Below, in pieces: positions 9,683-19,868 of a stretch of 64,000 nt of DNA. Location: positions 80,921 through 144,920 of the forward strand of contig JACPKU010000006.1 of the NCBI GenBank assembly GCA_016186915.1, read 5' to 3'. How positions within the stretch are numbered: position 1 is the stretch's first letter; each line of letters opens with the position of its first letter. Below the pieces are notes generated by a model that ran no database searches, was not told the DNA's origin, and was given only the letters and a program-made list of their open reading frames with translations. Made by a program: the position numbers and the translations under genes. This DNA comes from Candidatus Doudnabacteria bacterium. GTDB lineage: Bacteria > Patescibacteriota > Doudnabacteria > UBA920 > O2-02-FULL-48-8.

Positions 9683-10303
9683 ATGAAAAAAATAATCGCA
9701 AGCGTAGGTTTGGCGGCCATGCTTTTGATGGTCGCGGGCGCTGCTGACGCTGCCGTGATCCGAATGGTCAACGACAGCTCCGTGGCAACTTCAGCCGCTA
9801 CTTGGTCAATCTTGGCGAATATCCTTAACAACAACTCTGCGGGTATTCTCAACACCGTTACCTCCACTGGTAACTCTGGCGCTAATACCGTGGTATCAGC
9901 TGATGACCAGACTGGCACAAGCGTGACTACCGGGAACACTGGTGCAGCTTCAGCAGTTGACGGTGCGGCAGGTCCGGGAAACGTAGCAAACACTAACGTT
10001 GTTTCTGAAACTTTGGAAACACCAGACGGCGCGGATAACCTAATCGAGGACGTCGATGATAGCTCTGTGGCTACCACAGCAAGCGCAGACAGCTTGGAGA
10101 ACAACCTTACCAACAACAATGAGGTAGAAGTTGACAACGACGTTGACGGTACCAGCAATTCTGGTACCAATAGTGTGGTTTCAGGCGACAGCTTGACCAC
10201 CACAACGGTATCAACCGGGACTAACCTAGCCGCTTCGTTGCTGTCCCAAGATTTCAACTTGAACATCAAGGAAGTAATCCGAACTATAAGACAACGACCA
10301 TAG
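9683..10303 (+). CDS. secreted Asn-rich repeat protein, paralog 2
   Basis: Signal peptide MKKIIASVGLAAMLLMVAGAADA; same module order and conserved C-terminal NLNIKEVIRTIRQRP; strong RBS gagggggtga. Confidence 0.7.
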   Translation: MKKIIASVGLAAMLLMVAGAADAAVIRMVNDSSVATSAATWSILANILNNNSAGILNTVTSTGNSGANTVVSADDQTGTSVTTGNTGAASAVDGAAGPGNVANTNVVSETLETPDGADNLIEDVDDSSVATTASADSLENNLTNNNEVEVDNDVDGTSNSGTNSVVSGDSLTTTTVSTGTNLAASLLSQDFNLNIKEVIRTIRQRP

Positions 10304-10576
10304 TCTGACTAATAGTCTTGCAAGAAAAAAAATTACTCGTGTGGCCCTGTACCGAAAGGTACAGGGCACGCAGAGTAACTTATGTGTAGTGTAAGATCCT
10401 ACCTTGGTGTGTGGAGCTTCACTTCTAAGGTACTCTTGCAGGATACCCCCGCCAATTTTTGGCGCGGGCAGGTAAGAGTTGATCGCTCTTACCTAAACTC
10501 TACGGGGAGGGGTTAAGGCCCCTCCCTAGAGAGGAAAAATTAGTGAGTAGTTTGTAGTGAGTAGTGAATAAAATCA

Positions 10577-10939
10577 ATGAAAAACATTGCAGAAAAAATT
10601 TCAATTATATTTTTGCTCGCGGCATTCGCTATGCCGAGTTTCGGCAACTTTCGCCTGAGCAGTTTTTTCTCCACACAACCGCAGACAAAAGCCAAGACTG
10701 ATGTGTCCGCCAATGCTAACGCTGACAATGCCAATCCCGGCGAGGTGCAAACCGGGCAGGCGAGCGCTGAAGTCAGTGTCACCACAGTGGTCAATCTGGA
10801 CATAGAGGACGAACAGACGATTTACGTGCAAGCAGAACCGGGAGAGACTAAATCAGAAAGTTCTGTGAGTGAAGAAGAAGAAAGTGATCCCGTATTTAAT
10901 CCTATAAGAGAAAGAATTTTTAGAATGTTGAGAAGATAG
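10577..10939 (+). CDS. small secreted hypothetical protein
   Basis: Signal peptide MKNIAEKISIIFLLAAFAMPSFG; Asn/Ala-rich then acidic tail; directly upstream of giant ORF. Confidence 0.5.
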   Translation: MKNIAEKISIIFLLAAFAMPSFGNFRLSSFFSTQPQTKAKTDVSANANADNANPGEVQTGQASAEVSVTTVVNLDIEDEQTIYVQAEPGETKSESSVSEEEESDPVFNPIRERIFRMLRR

Positions 10940-10959
10940 TAATCAGTTTGGTCCTATCA

Positions 10960-13900
10960 ATGAATCCAACCATAAAACAGCTCAAGAAATATATCCAAGC
11001 CTTAGATTGCCGAGGCTTGGTTTGGTTGTTTTATGCCGGCTGTTTGGTGGGGTGGTTTGGGTATTTGAAGATTAAAAATAGGACCAATAGGTCGGATAGG
11101 GTTTATAGGTCGGATGGGTCGGGTAGGATTGATAGGATTTATAGGATTGATAGGAATAATAGGTCTGATAGGTCGGATAGGACAAATAGGTCGGATATGC
11201 CGGTGTCGGATAGGGTTTATAGAAATAATGAGATAAATAGGTCGGATAGGAATAATGAGATAAATAGGTCGGATAGGCCGGATATGTCGGATAGGTTTGA
11301 TAAGACCTATAGGACATATTTGACCTATAGGACTAATAAGACTTCTCAAGCCTTGCGTATGGTTAGGCACAAAAAAGCGTACAGCATACAGAGCATAGCG
11401 TATAGTTTTGAAAAAGAGGTGAGGGCACGGATTGCCGGGTTTGTGCTGAAAAACACTTCGGGAGAAGAGGTTTTGCCTGTGGCCTCAAACATCGCCTTAC
11501 TTGCTCGATTGCACTTCGTGTTTTTCAAAGAGCGGGCAAGCCTCGCTTATTTAGATATTAAAAAATACGCCCGCAGGCGATCACGGTATTATCTGCGCAA
11601 AGCCAAGAAGGTCTATGTGCCGGCCGGGATTAGTTTTGCACAAGCTGTGTTTAATCTGAGCTTGGTGGCGCTGGCAGTGTTCGGGTTTGTGGTGGTTATT
11701 ATCGGAAAAACTTTTGCAAAAATTGTGGCGGTGAGCATTGCATCTTTGTCATTGCGAAGCCGAAGGCTGCGGCAATCTTTCATCATGCTAAGTATTAGAT
11801 TGCTTCGTCGCTACCGCTCCTCGCAAAGACTTTTGATTATTCGTCTTCGCGAGCGATCGAAGATCGCGTGGCAATCTATTTCTAGACAAGGGTCCAGATT
11901 GCTTCGTCGCGCTTTGGTCGAAGCAAATCAGCTCCTCGCAATGGTGAGAGCGGCCTTGTTCGTCACCGTGCCATCGCGAGCGCGAAGCGCGAAACGATCT
12001 GTTCTGGAAAGCTTTGACGCGGCCAGAGAACAGAATGTAGTTTTGTATAAATACCTCAGGCACGAATATAAAATAACCAGAAACAGAATTAGACGTCGAT
12101 TTTATAAAAGAGTTGGGCAGATTTTGGTCTGTGCAAAGGTCACCTTCGTTGTAACAACGAAGGTGACCTTTGCAGCCTTACTGTTACTGTATATACGAGT
12201 GAATATACATTATTCCAAGCTAAATTCCACTTTAAGCCGGAAAGCTGCGTCGGCATATATTTACCTTTCACCAAGGGTTGCCCGGTTTGCCAGATTGAGC
12301 ATTGACCGGTTTGAACAGTCAGTCGGCGCCATGGGACGAGCGGTTTTGGCCGGGCTTGATTATTCTCAGAAACTTCTTAGTTTCTTGATTCGTTTAGGGC
12401 GGATTGGGCTGGCGTGGATGGCGGCAGTACTGGTCCCAGTGTCTGAATTTGCAGACATTTGGATTTTTGAGCCTGTCTTAAAAATTCTACAAAGAAAAAT
12501 TGGTTTTATCCGCAAAGCCATGGCGGCAGGGGTTTTGGTGTTTATGGTTGTGGGAAGTATCAGTCCGGCTTTGGCTGTGGTGGAGATCACGCCGCAATCA
12601 ATTGTGGAATTTACTGACGCTGATTTAGATCCGGAAAACCCGGTGCTGCAGCAGGAAGCAAGTGTTACGGGCAATGAGGGCAGTAATACTGTGGCGGACA
12701 TTCAAAAGAAAGTTGAGAAGATTGTGGATTCAGCGACAGGCGATGCAGACAGTTCTGATTCAGCGACCGCAGATGGCAACAGTGAACAGATATCAGATAA
12801 TAGCGCAGACCCTTCAACTTCGGCTGACGACCCCGCTCAGGGATCAGAAGGCGAACCTATCGGGGCCGAAGAGCCGGGATCTGATCCGGGACAGACCCCT
12901 GCTTCCGCAGGGATGGAAGAGAATGCAGAGATAGAAGAGGGCGCAGGGGTGGGAGAAGAAACAGGCTCGCTCTTACTAACGCCCTGCACGGTGTCCAATT
13001 CTATGGAATTGGACAGTGAGGGGTCGCCAGTGGAAGATGTCCAAGCAGACGGGTTATCAGAGGAGTTAGAGATTGTCGAAAGCCAAGCAGACGCTGCGGG
13101 AACAACTGATGCGTCGGAGCAGGTTGTTGCAGGAGACGATGAAGATGAATTAGATTCTTCTGTGCCGGGAACGAATCAGCACGACAGCGAAGCAGGAGAC
13201 GCGGAATGCGCTCAACAAGAGCAGGTCCAGGAACAAAGTGAGGCTGGGGTGCAGGCTATCAATCCTAATGACTCTTCACTTCTGGACAGTAAACAGATTA
13301 AGAAAAACATTGTCGAGATCGTCAATACCAACAGCATCAAAGTGACCAACCAAGTGGATTCGGGTTCTTTAACTGGCCAGAACACGGTTTCGGCCGGAGA
13401 CAGCGGGAAGGATGTATTTTTGGGCTCTGGCAACATCAACATTCACGCCAATGTTTTGAACGTGGTCAACACCAATTTGTATAATTCCAAGATTGTAGAG
13501 ATTGCGGAGAATTTCAACAATCTCACGGCCGATGTATTGCTCAACCATCCGGAAACCAGACCCGCGGAATTAACCCAGGATCTGGTTAATTATGTTTGCG
13601 GGTCGTCGCTGACTTGCGAAAGTTTGAGTTCGTTTAATTTGACCAATAAAAACAATGCCGAGGTGGAGAACAACGTCAATGTGTTGGGAAACAGCGGACA
13701 GAATCTCCTGGAGAACATCAAAGAACGGGGCACGATAAGAAGTGGAGACATCAATGCTTTGGTCAATGTTTTGAATATTGTAAATAGTAACTTGGTCAAT
13801 TCCCGCTGGACCATTGCCTCGATCAATGTGTTCGGGGACTGGGAAGGCGATTTGGTCCTGCCGTCCGAACTTTATTTTACTGACTTTTTCCAGCTGGGCG

Positions 13901-16900
13901 CGACTGACAATTCTGATATCAAAATTGAAGACATCAAAAAAGTTCTGATCAACGTCAACAATGACAATGACGTGGAGGTTCAGAACAACGTACTGGTCAA
14001 TTCTGACAGCGGCAAGAACTCGATTGAAGCGACCAAGAGCGCGGACGGCAAAGGCGGCGGGCTGGAAAACGACAAGATCGGCACGGGCGAGAGCCGCGGC
14101 GAGTCCAACGTAAAAAACTATGTCAACACCAACGTGTTCAACGGCAAGTGGTATCTGGGCATGGTGAACACTTTGGGTGCTTGGTCAGGGGACGTGTATT
14201 CTCTGCCAGAGCGAGTGGCGCTGGGCACCACGCCGACTGGTCTGTCCTTCTTCTCATCGAACAGCAAGGATTCAGATTTGGCTTATCAATTGTTTGAAGA
14301 GACGATTGCCGACATCAATCGGACCGACAACACTTTGATCGATATCCAAAACCAGAACAAAGCCAAGATCGTGAACAATGTGGATTTGGGCGTGCTGTCG
14401 GGTGAGAACGGCATTAAAGGCAATGAGATGAACGTAGAGGAGAGCAGCATCTTCTCCGGCAATACTTACGCGCTTGCCAATATTTTGAATTTTGCCAATA
14501 CCAATCTTATTAACGCGGATTTGAACATTGGCTTGGTCAATGTTTTCGGCAGATGGAACGGGAATGTGCTGTTCGGCTTTCCTGATCTGACGGTGAGCCA
14601 AACCACCAGGCAGGAATTCCCAAAAGAAAAGAACCAGCAGGTAATTTATGATTTGACTTACTCGAACATAGGATCATCCTCGATGATCGGCGGAAGTCTT
14701 GAATGGCATTATGACAGCAATTTACTGCGTTTGGATTCAGTGGATCCGGCAGTAAGTTATGAGAAAAAACTGCCAGGCGTGGTGGAGTTTGATTTGGGCA
14801 GGGTCGGGCCGAAGAGCAGTCGAACGCTGGCTGTAAAACTGACCACTCTCAAAGATCTGGCAGTAAATACCGAAATAGAGAGTTATGCCCGTGTATTTGG
14901 TTTGGGACCGGAGAGGGTGAAAGAGAACAATGAAAGCGTGTTGGTAACAAAAGCCACGACTACGACTGGTTCTTCGGGGCCCCCGCCAAGTAATGATCCG
15001 CCGCCAGGCAATGACCCGCCAGCGAATAACGATAACGGAAGCGATCCGAATAATGATGACGCGGCAGGCGGAGATAATAATCAGGAAACAGAAAACAGTA
15101 ATCAAGACGATCCTTCGAATGAAGGAGGTAGTGATCCGAACCAAGAACAAGAAGAGCAACCAGAAGAACAGCCGCAGGATGGAACACAAAATCAACAGCC
15201 GCAGGATAATCAGAGTTCAGATCCAGATAACAGTCAGCAAGAAAACAACCAGCAAGAACAACAGAATGACCAAAACAGCAACCAGAATAAGAATACCAAC
15301 CAGCAGCAACAGCAGAACAAACAAGGTCAGAACCAGCAGCAGCAAAATCAGCAACAGCAGCAAAATCAACGGACTGCTTCCGGGCTGATCCGGGTTTACA
15401 AAACCAGTAATGCCCTAAGCCAAGGAGTGAAGCCTGGTGAGCCGGTGGAGTTTACCTTGATCGTGGACAATGACGGCGTGGATGCGGTATTTAATGTGGT
15501 GTTGTATGATACGCTTAGAGGACCGGATGGCGCGACTATAACCACGCGCAAGTTCCCGCTGGGCAGGATGGAGTCGGGCGAGGAAGTGGTTTTGGTTTAT
15601 GAGATTGATGCCAATCCTTTTGCTCCTGCCGGCACTTACACCAACACAGCTTATGTTGAGGCCTTGAATTTCCAACTGCGGCCAATAAAGTCACAGTCCA
15701 CGGCCCTTAGCAGTTTTATCTTGATTAACCCCAATCCAGAGCCGGTGCCTGAAGATGACGAAGCTGAACTGGTTAAGGATAACAAGCAGGATGAAGAACA
15801 GCAGAAACAAATAGAAGAAGACAAGCAAGACGAAGAGCAGAAAGACGATTCTCTGGAGGAAAATGTTGGAAAAGACCAAGAGAAAGAAGAAGTGGGACTG
15901 TTGAGCGAGAAGGATAAAAACAAGCCAATCAACACAAATACCGTCAAGGGAGGGAGGTTCTCAAGAACCAACCCTGAAGCGAACGCGGTGGCTTCCGCTT
16001 CTCTGCCGTTTGGTGAGTTGACTCCCGCGGCACAAGCCGAGCTTATAGACATCATTCCGTTGTTGGAAAATTCACCTGTCCGCGAAGGAGTGAGGAGCGA
16101 TTCTGCCCGCCAGATGACAATGTTTGTAATCATCGCGGCCCTCATGGGTTTGGGCTACGCCGCGGCAAATTTGGTAAATAGGCTTAAACAAGCAAAAGTA
16201 CAAAAATTAACCAACAACAACATGCCAGGCAAAGACAAAATCCTGCTGCTGATCCTAGCTTTGGTGCTCGGAAACAACGGGATGGGCGCGGTTCTCGATA
16301 TTAATCTCAGTATTCCGACAGCGCACGCCGCAGCACAAAGCTGTACCACTCCGACCGTAATTTCCTTCCCGTTCGCAGTGCAGGGCAACACGGGCGGCGT
16401 GGATCTGAATTCGAATGCGAAAGTAACCGGCAATGTTTACTCCAACGCCAACATTAATGGACAATTATTCGCAAAGGTCATAGGGAACGCAGCGGCAGTA
16501 GGAACGATTACAGATACACAAGTGAGCGGGACAGCGACCACTGGCGCGGCGCCTGCAGGTATGCCGGCAGTGAACGCAGCGGATTGGAAAGCCTCAGCGC
16601 TCTTGGGCGGGACAACTGGCAGCGTTAGTTTTCCAGTCAATAGCAGTGGAAATAACTTGGGACCAAAGAAGATCGACGGCGATTTGATTTTGAATGATAA
16701 TTCCGAAGTGCAAGTTAACGGCACGATTCACGTGACCGGTGAGGTAGTGGTGGGTGCAAACGCTAAACTTCATGTTAATCCTGTTTTAGGATCTTTGGGA
16801 ACTGTAATTATTGCCGACGGGAAAATTAACATTGATGGCAACGGGCACGTGGATGGGACGGGGGGAGGCGGATTCATGCTCATGATCTCTTTAAGCTCAG

Positions 16901-19665
16901 GCAGTGACGCGATTAATCTACAGCCAAACTTTACCTCTTCCACCGCGGTGTTTTATTCGCTCAATGACGGGCTGATGGTCGGTTCGAACTCACAAATTGT
17001 AGGCGCCTATGGAGAACGTGTCACGGTGCAGAGCAATGCCAAGGTTTCTCACGTGCCGGGCTTGCAGTTCGCCACCTTTGTCTGTCCGCCGCCAGCGCAA
17101 ACACCTAACATCACCGTGACCAAAGCAGCAGACAAACCCTCAATACTTGCTGGGGAAACTATAACTTTTACTTTAGAAGTGGAGAATAGCGGGACGGTGG
17201 CAGCGAATAATGTTACGCTCACTGATATTTTATCACCTGAATTTGAGTTCGTCGGTTCAACGCCCAGTCCGACCACAACGATTGTGACCGGTTCTGGCAC
17301 AGAGTTGAAATACAGCTTAAGTGAAGTTGGGGTCAATGAAACTAAAACCGTAACGATTGAAGCCAAAGCGGTGAGCAGTATCACTACCAGCATAGTTGTA
17401 GAAAACAAAGCTGTAGCCACAGGTGACAATTTTACACCCGAAGACTCCAACACTGTTGACGTGACTATCAACCCTATCCCCGCACCAGTGATGCCAATAA
17501 TCACGGTGACAAAATCTTCTGACAAATCTACAGTCTTGGCTGGCGATACAGTTATATTTACTTTGGAAATAGCAAACAGCGGCACGGCGGACGCGACCAA
17601 TGTGGTGTTGAGCGATACTCTGACTTTAGAATTTGAATTTATCTCCAGCACCCCAAGTCCTACAAGCAATACGGTTACCGCGACCGGCACAGAGCTGACT
17701 TTCGATCTGGGAACCGTGGCGATGGGCAGCTCTTCCACCATTACAATTGAAGTAAAAACTGACAGATTCGAATATCGTAAATGTCACAATCGATCCTTTG
17801 CCACTGCCTCCTATACCAACCAATCCTGTTATCAATGTTACCAAATCCGCAGACCATCCATCAGTTACGGCTGGCGATACAGTTATATTTACTTTGGAAA
17901 TAGCAAACAGCGGCACGGCGGACGCGACCAATGTGGTGTTGAGCGATACTCTGGGTTTAGAATTTGAATTTATCTCCAGCACCCCAAGTCCTACAAGCAA
18001 TACGGTTACCGCGACCGGCACAGAGCTGACTTTCGATCTGGGAACCGTGGCGATGGGCAGCTCTTCCACCATTACAATTGAAGTAAAAACTGACAGATCG
18101 CAACCACTACTTTGGTGGAAAATAAAGCGGTGGCAGACGGCGACAATTTTGGATCCGAAGAATCGAACACCGTGGAGCTAACAATTAACCCGCTTTCTGG
18201 AGGCGGTGGCACACCCACGGGTCCTACGATTACCAAAAGTGCCTCAAACACATCGGTAGTCGCAGGACAGGAGATTACGTATACCATTGAAGTTGAAAAT
18301 GATTCGTCCGACACTTTGGTGGATGCGGCGGTAAGGGACATCCTGGACCAGAATCTTGAATTTGTTTCTGCTAATCCACCTCCTACTACCAACACGACTG
18401 TTTTGGGTGTAACCACCTTAACTTGGGAAATAGGCGATCTTGGCGTAGGAGAGAAGTTTACGATTGAACTAAAGGTAGAGGTAAAAAGCGGAACTGTTTC
18501 CGGAACTATTATTGAAAATGACGCTGAATTGAGCGCTGATCAGTTCAACCCCATCACTGCAGGTGCCCCTGACGTAGAAGTAACCAGTCCGCCATCCGGC
18601 GGCGGCAGTGGCGGCGGCGGCAGTGGCGGCGGCGCAATTATGCCGCCCCCAAACTATGAGGCAAATATGGAGTTTGTGTTTGCTGACCCCAAGGTTAAAG
18701 GTGAAGATTACGGGGAATCGGTAACCATTACCAACACTGGCAGTATAGCTTTGAGCCCTGGGGATTTGACAGTGACTTTTCCGCTAAGCCTGAACGTGGT
18801 CACTCTCAGTCCGTCTGCCATATCATTTGCAGGCAATGTCGCGACTTGGTCTGTCCCGGTAATTCCAGTGGGCGGCTCCTATACCGTGTCCTTCACCGTT
18901 AAACCCAATGCAACGGGAACCAATATTATTACCGTGGCCAATTATTACATTGGCACGCAACAGATCGCAGTAGCGAGCGCTTCAGAGAACGTGGGAGATG
19001 TGGCGGGGGAAACTGCGCCTGAACTTCCCAGAACAGGCGCGGGTGCGGCTTATTTGCTGCTTGTGAACCTACCACTGTTATTTATGAGAAGGCTGAAGAA
19101 AGCTTTGGCTGCTTTGTTTTTGTTGGCGGCTGGCTTCTTGGCGCTTAATTTTAGTTATTTTAAGGAAGTGGTCAGCTTTTCGCTCAACAAACAACGTCAA
19201 GAGCAGGAACAGCTTTTGGTGGAGGAAGAACTGCCGCCCAATACTTTGACCGTGCCGAGTTTGGGAATTATGGTGCCGATCATCCTTGATTCAGGCAGCT
19301 CTGAATCGGAATTTCAGGAAGCCTTGCGAAACGGGGTGGTGCATTATCCCGGCACGGCGCAGGTCGGGCAGGCAGGCAACAGTTATATATTCGGGCATTC
19401 ATCTGATTATTTCTGGAGCAGAGGGAATTACAAGACCGTGTTTGCGGTTTTGCCCAAGATCAATATTGGTGATGAGGTTATGGCTACAGATGCCGAAGGA
19501 CAAGAGTACTTTTATCAGGTCAAAGAGACCAAAGTCGTCGGCCCTTCAGATCTGTCAGTGCTGGAACAGGATTACACCAAGAAACGATTAACTTTACAAA
19601 CTTCGTATCCCATAGGGACGGCCTTGAAGCGGTTTATAGTAATTGCTGAACTGAAAGAAGAGTAA
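10960..19665 (+). CDS. giant (~2900 aa) surface protein: Arg-rich tripeptide-repeat N-region, TM/signal-like segment, acidic region, four ~85-aa Asn-rich repeats, DUF11-type repeats, LPRTG sorting motif, C-terminal sortase-like domain. Frame interrupted by a compensating frameshift pair at about 17760 and 18095.
   Basis: Track ORFs 10948..17967 (frame 1), 17798..18181 (frame 2) and 18112..19665 (frame 1) are colinear. Frame 1 is stop-free for 1570 nt upstream of the first clear signal-like segment (MAAGVLVFMVVGSISPALA at 12520), which is far beyond chance. DUF11-like units (VTKxxDKxxVLAGDTVIFTLEIANSGTADATNVVLSDTL) repeat. LPRTG followed by a hydrophobic segment and RRLKK. Nothing was checked by a domain search. 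Confidence 0.6.
11078..11340 (+). repeat. 9-bp tandem minisatellite (~29 units, consensus (g/a)ATAGGTCG) lying in-frame inside the giant ORF
   Basis: aataggacc aataggtcg gatagggtt tataggtcg ... read directly; encodes tripeptide repeats (NRS/DRV/YRS...). Confidence 0.9.
19084..19665 (+). CDS. sortase-like domain (possible independent start at ATG 19084) with Ser in place of the catalytic Cys
   Basis: MRRLKKALAALFLLAAGFLALNFSYF signal-anchor; IFGHSSDYF (sortase His motif); LTLQTSYPIGTALKRFIV aligns to the TLxTC...R signature with C->S (codon tcg). Confidence 0.6.
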   Translation: MRRLKKALAALFLLAAGFLALNFSYFKEVVSFSLNKQRQEQEQLLVEEELPPNTLTVPSLGIMVPIILDSGSSESEFQEALRNGVVHYPGTAQVGQAGNSYIFGHSSDYFWSRGNYKTVFAVLPKINIGDEVMATDAEGQEYFYQVKETKVVGPSDLSVLEQDYTKKRLTLQTSYPIGTALKRFIVIAELKEE

Positions 19666-19796
19666 TTTACCCCGTTAGAGGCCTTCGTGTTTATTAGTTT
19701 AAACGGCGATCGTCTCTGACAAGAAGCAGATTATAACGCTAAAAATTTTGGCGATCTGCCTCTAACGGGGTTAACTTTTGTTCACAGGAGCGGCCT

Positions 19797-19868
19797 TGTT
19801 AAATAGGACCAGCAAGGCCGTTTTTGTGTAATTAAAAAAACCACCAATCCTGGTGGTTTTTTTAATGC
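19797..19868. terminator. two consecutive terminator hairpins, the second bidirectional
   Basis: ggccttgttaaataggaccagcaaggccgttttt; aaaaaaaccaccaatcctggtggttttttt (A-run / hairpin / T-run) between the convergent sortase-fusion gene and rnpB. Confidence 0.7.

Noticed and set aside
9607-10269. 220-aa minus-strand ORF (and 8866..9183 minus)
   Set aside because: Fully antisense to the well-supported secreted paralog genes; the open frame is a by-product of their low-complexity Asn/Thr/Ser codon usage.
11002-11370. Minus-strand ORFs across the 9-bp minisatellite (also 11072..11317)
   Set aside because: Open frames are an automatic consequence of the 9-bp periodic repeat; no start context.
14737-18072. 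Multiple long minus-strand ORFs inside the giant gene (14737..15195, 15651..16145, 17049..17741, 17626..18072)
   Set aside because: Antisense to a clearly coding repetitive gene; low-complexity translations.
10948-19665. Diversity-generating retroelement or CRISPR array explanation for the repeats
   Set aside because: No reverse transcriptase or cas genes in the window. The repeats are either 9-bp in-frame minisatellite units or near-identical coding tandem duplications without adenine-specific variation, and no repeat-spacer periodicity.
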